A DNA stretch of 64,000 nucleotides from Elusimicrobiota bacterium (GTDB lineage Bacteria > Elusimicrobiota > Elusimicrobia > UBA1565 > UBA9628). The notes under the pieces are model-generated. The model saw nothing but the letters and a program-made list of their open reading frames with translations, did no database searches and was not told where the DNA came from. This document shows positions 16,153 through 25,403 of the stretch, one piece after another (the stretch's first letter is position 1; every line of letters starts with the position of its first letter). The translations under genes were made by a program, and so were the position numbers. The stretch is from assembly GCA_016212795.1 (NCBI GenBank), contig JACRDT010000015.1, positions 132,770 through 196,769 on the forward strand. The letters run 5' to 3'.

Positions 16153-16212
16153 GAAACTCCCTCAGAAACGGCATTTGCCCCCCACTACTCGCCCCCCGTG
16201 GGGGGGCGAGTG
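16083..16212. repeat. MITE-like palindromic element: two ~38-40-bp G/C-run hairpin arms in inverted orientation (16098..16137, 16176..16212) around an AT-rich core
   Basis: The left arm CACTCGCCCCCCCCACGGGGGGGCGAGTAGCGGGGGGGCA and the reverse complement of the right arm differ only in run lengths and one C/T. There is a partial extra left-arm copy TCACTCGCCCCC at 16083..16094. Confidence 0.85.
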
Positions 16213-16214
16213 AT

Positions 16215-17153
16215 ATGACCGTCGAGCTGTTCGCCAAAGGCTGCCTGGACGCGTGCTGGTACGGGGCCTACCATTACGTCGAGCCCTGGGTGGGCTGCGG
16301 CCACGGCTGCCACTACTGCTACGCGCGCTTTCGCGGCGCGGTCAGGAATTCGCTCGCCGCCCGGGGCGCGGCCTACGAGCGCCCCGTCCCCCTGCTCGAG
16401 CGCAAGGCCCTCCTCGACAGCGTCCGCCGCGGCGTCAAGGAGCACCAGGTCGAGAGCGTGAAGCTCTGCCGCTTCACCGACATCATGAACCCCGCCTTCG
16501 TGAAGGACGGGCTCGCCCTCGGGATCCTCGAGGCCCTGCTGGAAGGAGGGGCCCGGCGCATGATCATCACGACCAAGGGCCTGCCCGACGCCAGGATCAT
16601 GGACCTCATCAGCCGCCACCCGGACCGCTTCTCCTACAACGCGGCCGCCCGTCCCGCGCGGGGCCTGCCCCTGGAGCCCGGCCTCCCGCCGCTGGCCAAA
16701 CGGCTGGACGCGGCCGCGCGGCTCAAGGCCGCGGGGGTCCTGGTGACCGTGCACCTCGACCCCATGGCCCCCGGGTTCGACGACGACCCCGAGTCCCTGC
16801 GGCCCTTCCTGGAGGACCTGCGCGCCCGGGGCCTCCAGCGCGCCATGTTCTCCTACCTCCTGATCAACCCGGCGATCCGCGAGCGCCTCTCGAAGAAGCT
16901 CCCCCCCGCCGTCTTCGAGCGCATCCTCGGCAGCTACGACCTCCGCCGGCCCGAACGCATGCTCCCGGGCCAGGAGGAGACGGACTACTTCACCATCAAG
17001 CCCGAGATCCGCCGCGCCTCGGTGGAGCGCGTCGTCGCCCTGCTCGACGAGCTGGGGTTCCAATACGTGCTGTGCTCCCTCAAGAGCGTGGCCGGCGACG
17101 ACCAGGGCAAGCTGGGCAAGGCCAAGCTCTGCGACGGCTCGTTCTATGCCTAA
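16215..17153 (+). CDS. radical SAM protein, SplB/DNA-photolyase-like family (COG1533-like)
   Basis: VGCGHGCHYCYA CxxxCxxC motif near the N-terminus. Size and layout match spore-photoproduct-lyase-like radical SAM proteins. Confidence 0.65.
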   Translation: MTVELFAKGCLDACWYGAYHYVEPWVGCGHGCHYCYARFRGAVRNSLAARGAAYERPVPLLERKALLDSVRRGVKEHQVESVKLCRFTDIMNPAFVKDGLALGILEALLEGGARRMIITTKGLPDARIMDLISRHPDRFSYNAAARPARGLPLEPGLPPLAKRLDAAARLKAAGVLVTVHLDPMAPGFDDDPESLRPFLEDLRARGLQRAMFSYLLINPAIRERLSKKLPPAVFERILGSYDLRRPERMLPGQEETDYFTIKPEIRRASVERVVALLDELGFQYVLCSLKSVAGDDQGKLGKAKLCDGSFYA

Positions 17154-18408
17154 GGTCTGGGTCTTCAACGCCGAGGAGGTGGCCTCCTCGGAGGACCTGC
17201 ACTACGACAAGGTGCTGGTCCCGAAAATTCAGGACATCCTCATCCGGTTCGTGCTCTGCCTCGGCCGCGACGACCTCCTCATCGCCCCGGGGAGCATCCC
17301 GGAGGAGTTCGTCCGCTACACCCGGCGGGTCAAGGGCTTCCCCGAGTCGTTCTCGCCCATCCTGCGACTGCGCCGCAAGTCGAACCCCTGGCACCTGGCG
17401 GACAGCGTCTTCGAGGACGGGGAACTCCTCGAGACCCTGCGGGGCCTGGGCCGGCGGGGAGGGTGGGTCATCGAGCCGTACATCGAGTCCCCCCGCGTCG
17501 TCAGGCTCTGCCGCGCCGTACGCATGCCGACGGACAAGACCAACGCGGACCTGGCCCTGGCCGGCATCATCATCGAGCTCAACGAGAAGGCCCGCTTCAA
17601 GGACTTCGCCGCGAGCCTCGGCATCCCGACGCCGCCCGGGCGGGTGGCGGGCGACCGCGCCGGGATCGTCTCGGCCATGGAGGAGCTCGCCCGGGTGTCG
17701 CCCCGGCTCATCCTGCGCAAGTCCCGCTACGGGGGCGGCATGGGCAACCTGGTGGGCACGCCCGACGACATCCTGCGCAAGCTGCCGGACTGGTACAACG
17801 AGGGCGAGGTCCTGGTGGAGTGCTTCCTCGAGTTCTCGGCGGTCGCGGGGACGCTGGCCACCATCACGCACGACTCCGTGCGCTACTGGGGGGCCGACCA
17901 GCAGGCCTTCGAGCGCTCGGGGTGGGTCGGGTTCAGCTTCCCCTTCTGCGACCGCGCCGCGGCCGCCAGGCTCTGCAGCCAGTCCCTGCGCATCGCCAAC
18001 GCCGTGCACCGCCGGCGGGCCCGGGGCGAGATGAACCTGGACTGGGGCCTCAGGCCCGACGGCTCGGGCGGGCTCGAGCCGGTGGCCCTGGAGTGCAACC
18101 TCCGGCACAACGGCTTCGGCCACATGCTGCGCTTCGCGGAGGGCTACTTCCCGGGGGGCTTGGGCAAGCTGCGCATCCGCTACCTCGAGAACATCCGGTG
18201 CGGCGACCGGGATTTCACGGCCCTCGCCGCGGCGCTGCGCGCCGAGACCTTCCACGGCGAGCCCATCCTCATCGAGAGCCCCGGCCGGCGCCGGGGGGTG
18301 GTCATCGTGATGCCTCCCCGCGCCGGGAGGTTCGCGGCCGCCTGCTTCGCGGCCGACGCCCCGGGCCTGCGCGCCCTCGAGGAACACCTCGAAGCCGCTC
18401 TAGCGTGA
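17146..18408 (+). CDS. ATP-grasp domain protein
   Basis: 8-nt overlap with the upstream gene (ATGCCTAA). ILRKSRYGGGMGN, EVLVECFLE, MNLDW...ALECNLRHNG resemble ATP-grasp nucleotide/Mg-binding motifs. Confidence 0.55.
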   Translation: MPKVWVFNAEEVASSEDLHYDKVLVPKIQDILIRFVLCLGRDDLLIAPGSIPEEFVRYTRRVKGFPESFSPILRLRRKSNPWHLADSVFEDGELLETLRGLGRRGGWVIEPYIESPRVVRLCRAVRMPTDKTNADLALAGIIIELNEKARFKDFAASLGIPTPPGRVAGDRAGIVSAMEELARVSPRLILRKSRYGGGMGNLVGTPDDILRKLPDWYNEGEVLVECFLEFSAVAGTLATITHDSVRYWGADQQAFERSGWVGFSFPFCDRAAAARLCSQSLRIANAVHRRRARGEMNLDWGLRPDGSGGLEPVALECNLRHNGFGHMLRFAEGYFPGGLGKLRIRYLENIRCGDRDFTALAAALRAETFHGEPILIESPGRRRGVVIVMPPRAGRFAAACFAADAPGLRALEEHLEAALA

Positions 18409-19631
18409 TGGATCGGGTCCGGGTGGCGCTCTCCTTCGCCCTGATCTTCTGCCTCGCCTCCATCGACAGCTCCATCGCGCCCATGGTCAGGGAGCTGAGC
18501 GCCCACTTCGGCGCCCCCATGGACCAGACCCTCTGGCTCATCTCGGCGTGCACGGCGGGCATCGTAGCCGGCGTGCTGCTGGGCCCCGCGCTCATCTCGA
18601 GCTTCCCGGCCCCGCGGCTCCTGGCCGCCTCGGTGGCCGCGCTGGCCGCCAGCCACCTGCTGTTCCTGCTGGCTCCGGGCTTCGGCGCCGCCCTGCTGTG
18701 GCGAGCTGTCTTCGGCCTGGCCTGCGGCATGACCGCCTCGCTCCTTTGGTGGCTGACCTTTGAAGGCGTGTCCCAGGCCTACTACCAGGCCATGGTGGTC
18801 GTCATGATGTCGGCCCGGCCCCTGGCCACCGCCGTCGGCGTGCCCGCGGCGGGGCTCCTGGCGTCCAGCGCGGGCTGGCGGCCGCCCTTCTGGGCCCTCG
18901 GCGGGCTCATGGCCGCCGCCGGGGCCGCGCTCTGCATGGCGATGCCGGCCGACACGGCGCCGAAGCGCTCCTTCGCCCCGGCCGGCGTGTTCTCCGAATA
19001 CGCCGAGGCGCTCAGGCTCCCCCGCGCCGCGGCCTTCTACGCCGGCATGACCGTCAACCGGATGTGCTATTTCGGCTTCTACGCCCTGACCGGCATCTGG
19101 TTCCTGCGCCACTACGGGCTGGGGCTGGCCCGGATCAGCTTCGCCCTGCTCGTCATCGGGCTGGCCGAGGGCCTGGTGAACTTCGCGGCGCCGGCGCTGC
19201 AGCGCCGGTGGGGCCTGGCCGCGACCTTCACCTGGGGCCTGGCGGGCTCGGCGGTCCTGCTCCCCATGTTCCTGTTCGGCTGGCTTCCGCTGGCGGCCGC
19301 CGTGGGGCTGGTCGCCGCCTTCATGCTCCTCGACCGGGTCTACGTCATGGCCGCGGTCGTCAGCATCAGGGAGCTGTTCGCGGACTCGGGCAGCAAGACC
19401 GCCTTCGGCAGCCTCAACACCCTGACGGCCTGGCTGGGCTTGACCTTCATCTCCTGGCTCGAGGGGCGCTTCACCGACGCCTGGGGCCTGGCCGCCATGG
19501 AGTGCGTGCTCCTGGCGTGCTTCGCGGCCGGCTCGCTGCTGCTCTACAGGGCGCTCAGCCTCGCCGCCCCGCGCGGGGCGCGGCCCCCTCCCGCCGGAGG
19601 AAGCGGAAACCCGCTCTCGATTTTTATATGA
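18408..19631 (+). CDS. MFS transporter
   Basis: ATG shares its A with the upstream TGA. About 12 hydrophobic segments, MFS-like N-terminus. Confidence 0.7.
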   Translation: MDRVRVALSFALIFCLASIDSSIAPMVRELSAHFGAPMDQTLWLISACTAGIVAGVLLGPALISSFPAPRLLAASVAALAASHLLFLLAPGFGAALLWRAVFGLACGMTASLLWWLTFEGVSQAYYQAMVVVMMSARPLATAVGVPAAGLLASSAGWRPPFWALGGLMAAAGAALCMAMPADTAPKRSFAPAGVFSEYAEALRLPRAAAFYAGMTVNRMCYFGFYALTGIWFLRHYGLGLARISFALLVIGLAEGLVNFAAPALQRRWGLAATFTWGLAGSAVLLPMFLFGWLPLAAAVGLVAAFMLLDRVYVMAAVVSIRELFADSGSKTAFGSLNTLTAWLGLTFISWLEGRFTDAWGLAAMECVLLACFAAGSLLLYRALSLAAPRGARPPPAGGSGNPLSIFI

Positions 19632-21109
19632 TAGGCAGCCCGACGGACATCGGAATCGCTTCCGGTCGAAACCCTCGACACCTCATCATGAACGGCCATT
19701 GGCACGCCCGCGTCCTAGCCACGATCGTCATCTTCCTGACGGTTTTCAGCCTCGTCATGGTGGGGCTCACCCGCAGGCAGGACGCGATGCTGCAGACCCA
19801 GCAGTACGAGCAGGCCGCCGCCACCTTCGACCTCATCGGCATCGTCTGGAAGTGGAACTCGGATCACGGCGGGGTCTTCGTGGAGAAGAAGCCGGGCATG
19901 CCGTCGAGCCCGTTCCTGCCGCACCCCGACCTCAAGACCGTCTCGGGCAAGACCTACACCCTGAAGAACCCCGCCCTCATGACCAGGGAGTTGTCGGACC
20001 TCGCCCGAGCGGGCCTGGGCATCGGCTTCCATATCACGAGCCTCAAGCCCCTGAACCCCGGCAACGCGCCGGACCCCTGGGAACGGGAGGCCCTCTCGGC
20101 CTTCGAACAGGGCGCCGGCGAGAAGACCACGGTGGCGCGCCAGGACGGCAAGCGCCAGTACCGGCTCATGAGACCCCTCCACGTCGAGGCGTCATGCCTC
20201 CCCTGTCACGCCAGCCAGGGCTACGAGGTCGGCCAGGTGAGAGGCGGCATCAGCGTCACCATGCCGGCCGACGATCATTGGGGGCTCATCCGGCGCAACA
20301 TCGTCTTCATGGCGGTCCTGTCCGTCGCTCTCCTGGCGGCCTTCGCGATGGTCCTCTACTACTTCATCTGGACCCTGCTGGAGAAGCTCTCGCGGCAGAA
20401 CGAGGCCCTGGCCGGGCTGAACGCGACCAAAGACCGGTTTTTGGGCATGGCGGCCCACGACATCAGGAACCCCCTCTCCGTGATCTACTCGGCGCTCAAG
20501 GTCCTCCAACCCGAGTCCGAGGGCAAGCCCCACGCCGCCCTGGTCGACCTGATGGCGTCCTCCGCCGACCGGATGCTGAAGCTCGTCACCGACCTCCTCG
20601 ACGTCTCCAAGATCAACAGCGGGCATCTCGACCTGCGACTCAAGGAAGTCGACGTCGCGGCGCTGGTGCGGGAAGCCGTGGCGGCCAGCGCCCCCATCGC
20701 CCACCAGAAGCACATCGCCCTGCGCCACGAGACGCCTCAGGGACTTGGGACCGCGTCCCTCGACCCCGACCGGATCAGGCAGGTCCTCGACAACCTCATC
20801 AGCAACGCCATCAAGTTCTCCTGCATCGACACGACGGTGACGGTGGGGGCGTCCAAGCGGGACAAGACGCTCTCGCTCTGGGTGCAGGACCAGGGCCTGG
20901 GCATCCGGCCCGAGGACCGGCCCAAGCTCTTCGGCGAGTTCTCCAAGACCAGCTCCCGGCCGACCGCGGGCGAGTCGACCCACGGCCTGGGGCTGGCCAT
21001 CTGCAAGAGGCTCGTGGAGCTGCACGGCGGCGCCATCGAGGTCGACAGCGAACCCGGCCGGGGCAGCAGGTTCACGGTGGTGCTGCCGGCGGGCAAGGCG
21101 CATGGCTGA
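19628..21109 (+). CDS. sensor histidine kinase with DUF3365-like CxxCH (heme c) sensor domain
   Basis: ATGA overlap with the MFS gene (alternative start ATG 19688). ASCLPCHAS. H-box FLGMAAHDIRNPL. N/G boxes DNLISNAIKF, DQGLGI, GLGLAICK. Confidence 0.8.
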   Translation: MIGSPTDIGIASGRNPRHLIMNGHWHARVLATIVIFLTVFSLVMVGLTRRQDAMLQTQQYEQAAATFDLIGIVWKWNSDHGGVFVEKKPGMPSSPFLPHPDLKTVSGKTYTLKNPALMTRELSDLARAGLGIGFHITSLKPLNPGNAPDPWEREALSAFEQGAGEKTTVARQDGKRQYRLMRPLHVEASCLPCHASQGYEVGQVRGGISVTMPADDHWGLIRRNIVFMAVLSVALLAAFAMVLYYFIWTLLEKLSRQNEALAGLNATKDRFLGMAAHDIRNPLSVIYSALKVLQPESEGKPHAALVDLMASSADRMLKLVTDLLDVSKINSGHLDLRLKEVDVAALVREAVAASAPIAHQKHIALRHETPQGLGTASLDPDRIRQVLDNLISNAIKFSCIDTTVTVGASKRDKTLSLWVQDQGLGIRPEDRPKLFGEFSKTSSRPTAGESTHGLGLAICKRLVELHGGAIEVDSEPGRGSRFTVVLPAGKAHG

Positions 21110-21410
21110 CCAGAAACTGGTCGACTGGGGCCTCTTCAAGCGCATGGTCGGCAAGCATCTGCTCGTGGGCGTCGACATCGAGGACGACCGGGGCAAGGTC
21201 GTCGAACGGCGGCAATTCCACGGCGAGGTCGTCAGGGTCAGCGCCGAGGAAGGCATCGTCGTGCAGGTGGACGGCGCCTCCCAGCTCAAGACCCTGCCGC
21301 TGAGCGTCAAGGTCTTCGCGGCCAAGCCGGGCCACTACCTGCTCTGCTCCTCGGGCGAGGTCGTGGAGGACCCCGACTACGTCGCGCGCTGGCCGGTCCG
21401 CAGGAGCTAG
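21102..21410 (+). CDS. hypothetical 102-aa protein translationally coupled to the histidine kinase
   Basis: ATG overlaps the kinase stop by 8 nt. Non-shadow-like composition. No motif recognised. Confidence 0.45.
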   Translation: MADQKLVDWGLFKRMVGKHLLVGVDIEDDRGKVVERRQFHGEVVRVSAEEGIVVQVDGASQLKTLPLSVKVFAAKPGHYLLCSSGEVVEDPDYVARWPVRRS

Positions 21411-21513
21411 CCGGACAAGCTCCCAGGCGGTGCGAAGGTCCTACCTGGACATAGGCAATCTGCGGGCCCCTCCTTGGGCCCCCTGCCGGATGCCGCCCGC
21501 CGCGCAGCCGGCA

Positions 21514-21519
21514 TATAAT
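21514..21519 (+). promoter_or_regulatory. TATAAT -10 box, 7 nt upstream of ATG 21527
   Basis: gcaTATAATacaccccATG read directly. Confidence 0.45.
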
Positions 21520-21526
21520 ACACCCC

Positions 21527-23770
21527 ATGAAAGACCGGGGACATGCCGCCGCGCGACTGACCACCCTCCTCCTGGCGACGCTCCTGGCCCTGCCGTCGGC
21601 CGCGCGGGCGCAGGCCGTCGTCGCCGGGGCCGCGGGCCGGGCGCCGGTGGTCCGCGTCCCGGTCATCGCCGCGCCGGCCTACCAACCCTCGCCCGCCCTG
21701 GGGGGCGCGGCCGCCCTGCCCCTGGGCGCAGCCGGCCTGCCCCAGGTCCCCGACTGGTCGCTCGACGCCCGCCAGATGAAGGAGGCCTACAAGGCCGCCG
21801 AGGTGCGCATGCTCCGGACGGCCGACGCCGTGGCGGCCATCCCGGCCGAGTCCCGCACGTTCGAGAACACGGCGCTGGCCCTGGAGCGCGCGGAGTCCGA
21901 TTTCCAGGACGCCATGCTGCCCCTGAGGTTCCTGTCCGAGGTCTCGCCGGACGCCAAGGTGCGCCGCATGGCGGACGCCATCGAGCGCCGGACCAGCAGG
22001 ATGTTCCAGTCGTACGGGGACCGTTCGGACCTTCACCGGGCCTATCAGGAAGTCGCGGCCAAGGGCCTGGAACTCGGCGGGCTGGAGAAGAAGCTCCTCG
22101 ACGACGCCCTCCGGGGATTCGAGCGCCGCGGCATGAACCTCCCCCGGGAGTCGCGCGACAAGCTCAACCGCATCAGCCGGCGGCTCTCGGACCTCAGCCA
22201 GCAGTTCTCCAGGAACGTTTCGGGCATCTTCGAGGGCATCGAGGTCACCCGCGAACAGCTCGACGGCCTTCCCGAGGACTACGTCAAGGGCCTGGAGGCC
22301 GCGCCGGAGGGCCGCTACCGCGTCACCCTCGACTACCCCACCTTCTTCCCGTTCATGAAGTACGCCAAGGACGCCGCCCTGCGCAAGGAGCTCTACCTCA
22401 AGTTCGAGAACAAGGCGGCCGAGGCCAACCTCCCCATCCTCGGCGAGACCCTGGCCCTGCGGCGGGAGGAGAGCCTCCTCCTCGGCCGCCAGGACTTCGC
22501 CCACCTCGTCATCGAGGAGCGGATGGCCAAGACCCCGGAGAAGGTCAAGACCTTCCTCGAGCGCATCAAGGACCTGCTCAAGGGGCCGGCCGAGGCCGAG
22601 TACCAGGCGCTCCTCGAGACCAAGCGCCAGGACGACCCCGCGGCCGAGTCCGTGCCCGGCTGGGATCGCAGCTACTACGCCAACAAGCTCAAGCAGAAGC
22701 TCTTCTCCTTCGACTCGGAGGAGGTCCGCCAGTACTTCCCCGTCGAGCAGGTCATCAAGGGGACGCTCGAGGTCTACCAGGAGCTCCTCGGGGTGCGCTT
22801 CCGGGAGCTGGCCTCCGACGCCTGGCACAAGGACGCCCGGCTCTTCGAGGTCATCGACGCGGCCTCGGGACGCAGCGTCGCCTACTTCTACCTGGACCTC
22901 CACCCCCGGGAGAACAAGTACGGCCACGCGGCGCAGTTCACGCTCAGGAAGGGCAGGGCCCTGCCGGACGGCTCCTACCAGAAGCCCGTCGGCGCGGTGG
23001 TCGCGAACTTCTCCAAGCCCACCCCGGACAAGCCCGCGCTCCTGACCCTCGGCGAGGTCGAGACCCTCTTCCACGAGCTGGGCCACTGCATGCACGAGAC
23101 CCTCACGCAGGTCAAGCTCGGCAGCTACGCCGGCGCCAGCGTGGCCTGGGACTTCGTGGAGACCCCCTCGCAGATGATGGAGAACTTCGTGTGGCAGCCC
23201 GAGGTGCTAAGAAGGATATCGGGACATTACCAGGACCCTTCGAGGAAACTCCCGGAGGAGCTCCTGAAGAAGATGGTCGCGGCTCGCAACTTCCTCGCCG
23301 CGACCAGTCATCTCTGGAACGCGGCCCTGGCCGCCGTGGACCTGGCCTACCACACCCTGACCGGGCCCTTCGACCCGGCCGCGGTCTACCGGGAGGTGTT
23401 CGAGGCGTTCGGCCTGAAGGTCATCGAGCCGGGCACCCACCCCGAGGCCGCCTTCGACCACATCATGGGAGGCTACGCGGCCGGCTACTACGGCTACATC
23501 TGGTCCGAGGTCTACGCCCAGGACATCTTCTCCGTCTTCAAGAAAGCCGGGGTCCTGAGCCCCGAGGTGGGCATGCGCTACCGGAAGGCCATCCTGGAGC
23601 GCGGATCGAGCGTGGACGAAGGCCGGCTCCTGCGGGACTTCCTGGGCCGCGAGCCCGACGAGAAGGCCTTCCTCGAAGGCATGGGGATCAAGACCAGCCC
23701 CCGGGCCCGGCGGCCGGGGTTCGCGTGGTACAAGCCCTGGACCTGGTTCGGCTTCCTGCTGAAGTCCTAG
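21527..23770 (+). CDS. secreted M3-family zinc metallopeptidase (oligopeptidase A / Dcp-like)
   Basis: Signal peptide LLLATLLALPSAARA. HELGHCMH HExxH motif with downstream E. Size is typical of the M3 family. Confidence 0.85.
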   Translation: MKDRGHAAARLTTLLLATLLALPSAARAQAVVAGAAGRAPVVRVPVIAAPAYQPSPALGGAAALPLGAAGLPQVPDWSLDARQMKEAYKAAEVRMLRTADAVAAIPAESRTFENTALALERAESDFQDAMLPLRFLSEVSPDAKVRRMADAIERRTSRMFQSYGDRSDLHRAYQEVAAKGLELGGLEKKLLDDALRGFERRGMNLPRESRDKLNRISRRLSDLSQQFSRNVSGIFEGIEVTREQLDGLPEDYVKGLEAAPEGRYRVTLDYPTFFPFMKYAKDAALRKELYLKFENKAAEANLPILGETLALRREESLLLGRQDFAHLVIEERMAKTPEKVKTFLERIKDLLKGPAEAEYQALLETKRQDDPAAESVPGWDRSYYANKLKQKLFSFDSEEVRQYFPVEQVIKGTLEVYQELLGVRFRELASDAWHKDARLFEVIDAASGRSVAYFYLDLHPRENKYGHAAQFTLRKGRALPDGSYQKPVGAVVANFSKPTPDKPALLTLGEVETLFHELGHCMHETLTQVKLGSYAGASVAWDFVETPSQMMENFVWQPEVLRRISGHYQDPSRKLPEELLKKMVAARNFLAATSHLWNAALAAVDLAYHTLTGPFDPAAVYREVFEAFGLKVIEPGTHPEAAFDHIMGGYAAGYYGYIWSEVYAQDIFSVFKKAGVLSPEVGMRYRKAILERGSSVDEGRLLRDFLGREPDEKAFLEGMGIKTSPRARRPGFAWYKPWTWFGFLLKS

Positions 23771-23978
23771 GCCGCAAGGTCTGGATTCCTCGACCGGGAA
23801 GACCGCAAGCTTCCCTCATGGCGTGCGCGACGTTCCCGAGGCCCGCCCACCGAAGGAGGTCCGCTACGCCCTGACGAGCCATCTCGTGGGATTATCCTAC
23901 TAGAACTGAGCGGCGCACATTCAAATTACTGTTTCAGTATCAATATTAATCTGGATATTTGCACAATGCATATTCAAC

Positions 23979-24007
23979 TTGCATAATGTACGATTCTTTG
24001 CTACACT
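23979..24007 (+). promoter_or_regulatory. TTGCAT-N17-TACACT sigma70-like promoter for the DUF4143 ATPase gene
   Basis: Read directly in the AT-rich stretch 23880..24030. Confidence 0.45.
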
Positions 24008-24029
24008 TCTTGTCATAGGCGATCTGAAA

Positions 24030-25217
24030 ATGGTGGACAGGACAGCGGGACCCATCATCAAGAGGCTGGCCCAGACGCATCCGGTCGTGACAGTCACCGG
24101 ACCGCGCCAGAGCGGCAAGACCACTCTTTGCAGGATGGTCTTTCCGGAGAAGCCGTATGTCAACCTGGAGAATCCGGCGACCAGGTCTTTCGCGCTCGAT
24201 GATCCGGTCGCGTTCCTCAGACAGCACCGTGACGGCGCCATCTTCGATGAGATCCAGCGGGCGCCGGACCTGACTTCCCATATCCAAGCTTCCCTCGAGG
24301 ATGACTCCCGCCCAGGCTTGTTCATCTTGACGGGAAGCAGGCAACTGGAGGTGATGGAAGCGGTGAGCCAAAGCCTCGCCGGCAGGACCGCTCTGGTCAA
24401 ACTGCTCCCGTTCAGTCTCGACGAATTGCGCGGCAGCTATGACATAGGGTCTCTCGACGCGTTGGTCGCGCGCGGATTTTTCCCGAGGATCTACGACCGA
24501 GGCCTGGACCCGGCGCAAGCCTTGGGGGACTATTTCGAGACCTGTGTGGAGCGCGATGTCCGCAGGGTCGTCCAAGTCAAGGACCTGAGCACGTTCGGGC
24601 GGTTCGTCCGGCTCTGCGCCGCGAGAGTCGGGCAGCTTCTCAATCTGAACGGCCTGGCCGATGACGCGGGCGTCTCGCATACCACGGCGCGGTCATGGAT
24701 GAGCGTCTTGGAAGCCATGTATGTCGTCTTCCTCCTCCAGCCCTACCACAAGAACATCGGCAAGCGGCTCATCAAGTCGCCCAAGGTCTATTTCTACGAT
24801 GTCGGCTTGGCCAGCCATCTCCTCGGCATCGAGAACGAGGTCCATGTCGCGGGCCATCCTCTGCGCGGGAGCCTCGTCGAGAACCTTGTCATCATGGAGG
24901 TCTTGAAACACCGCCTTCATCGGGGAGGCGGGGCGGGCTTGAGTTTCTACCGCGACAGCGCGGGCCACGAGGTGGACCTGCTCGTGCCGATCGGGCCCGA
25001 GCCGTTCCCCATCGAGATCAAGGCCGGCGCCACCTTCGGCCCGGATTACCTGAAGGGGCTGGCCGCTTTCTCCAAGGCGCACCGTCAGGCGGCCGTCCGA
25101 GGAGCCGTCGTGTACGCCGGAGACGCGGCGCAGGAACGCCACGGCATCCTCATCCATCCCGTGATGGATGTCCACGCCCTGCTCGATCGCTTGCCCGGGG
25201 CCTACAGCCGCGCGTAG
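24030..25217 (+). CDS. AAA ATPase with DUF4143 domain (AAA_14-type)
   Basis: VTVTGPRQSGKTTL Walker A, IFDEIQ Walker B-like. Start set at MVDRTAGPIIKRL. Visibly lower GC than the surroundings. Confidence 0.75.
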   Translation: MVDRTAGPIIKRLAQTHPVVTVTGPRQSGKTTLCRMVFPEKPYVNLENPATRSFALDDPVAFLRQHRDGAIFDEIQRAPDLTSHIQASLEDDSRPGLFILTGSRQLEVMEAVSQSLAGRTALVKLLPFSLDELRGSYDIGSLDALVARGFFPRIYDRGLDPAQALGDYFETCVERDVRRVVQVKDLSTFGRFVRLCAARVGQLLNLNGLADDAGVSHTTARSWMSVLEAMYVVFLLQPYHKNIGKRLIKSPKVYFYDVGLASHLLGIENEVHVAGHPLRGSLVENLVIMEVLKHRLHRGGGAGLSFYRDSAGHEVDLLVPIGPEPFPIEIKAGATFGPDYLKGLAAFSKAHRQAAVRGAVVYAGDAAQERHGILIHPVMDVHALLDRLPGAYSRA

Positions 25218-25314
25218 AGGTTTTCGCCCTCCACCTTGGCAATGAGCCGTTCGAAGGCCGCGTCACGGCCCGAAAGGGCTTTGCCTTCCCCCCAGGTCCC
25301 GATCCGGTCGCTAA

Positions 25315-25349
25315 ATCAGCCCCGGACGACCGCGGACTCCACCGGCCCG
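25315..25349 (+). repeat. 35-bp direct repeat, copy 1 (left flank of TA cassette)
   Basis: ATCAGCCCCGGACGACCGCGGACTCCACCGGCCCG. 33 of 35 positions are identical to 26049..26083 by manual alignment. Confidence 0.85.
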
Positions 25350-25403
25350 CATCGCCGAATGTTCAACCCTGGTTGTAGGCCTGGGGGATGGGGGCGCGCC
25401 CGG

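Noticed and set aside
25218-25314. Possible gene remnant on the minus strand (…TWGEGKALSGRDAAFERLIAKVEGENLY…)
   Set aside because: No start, no recognisable family and too short to support. Left unannotated.
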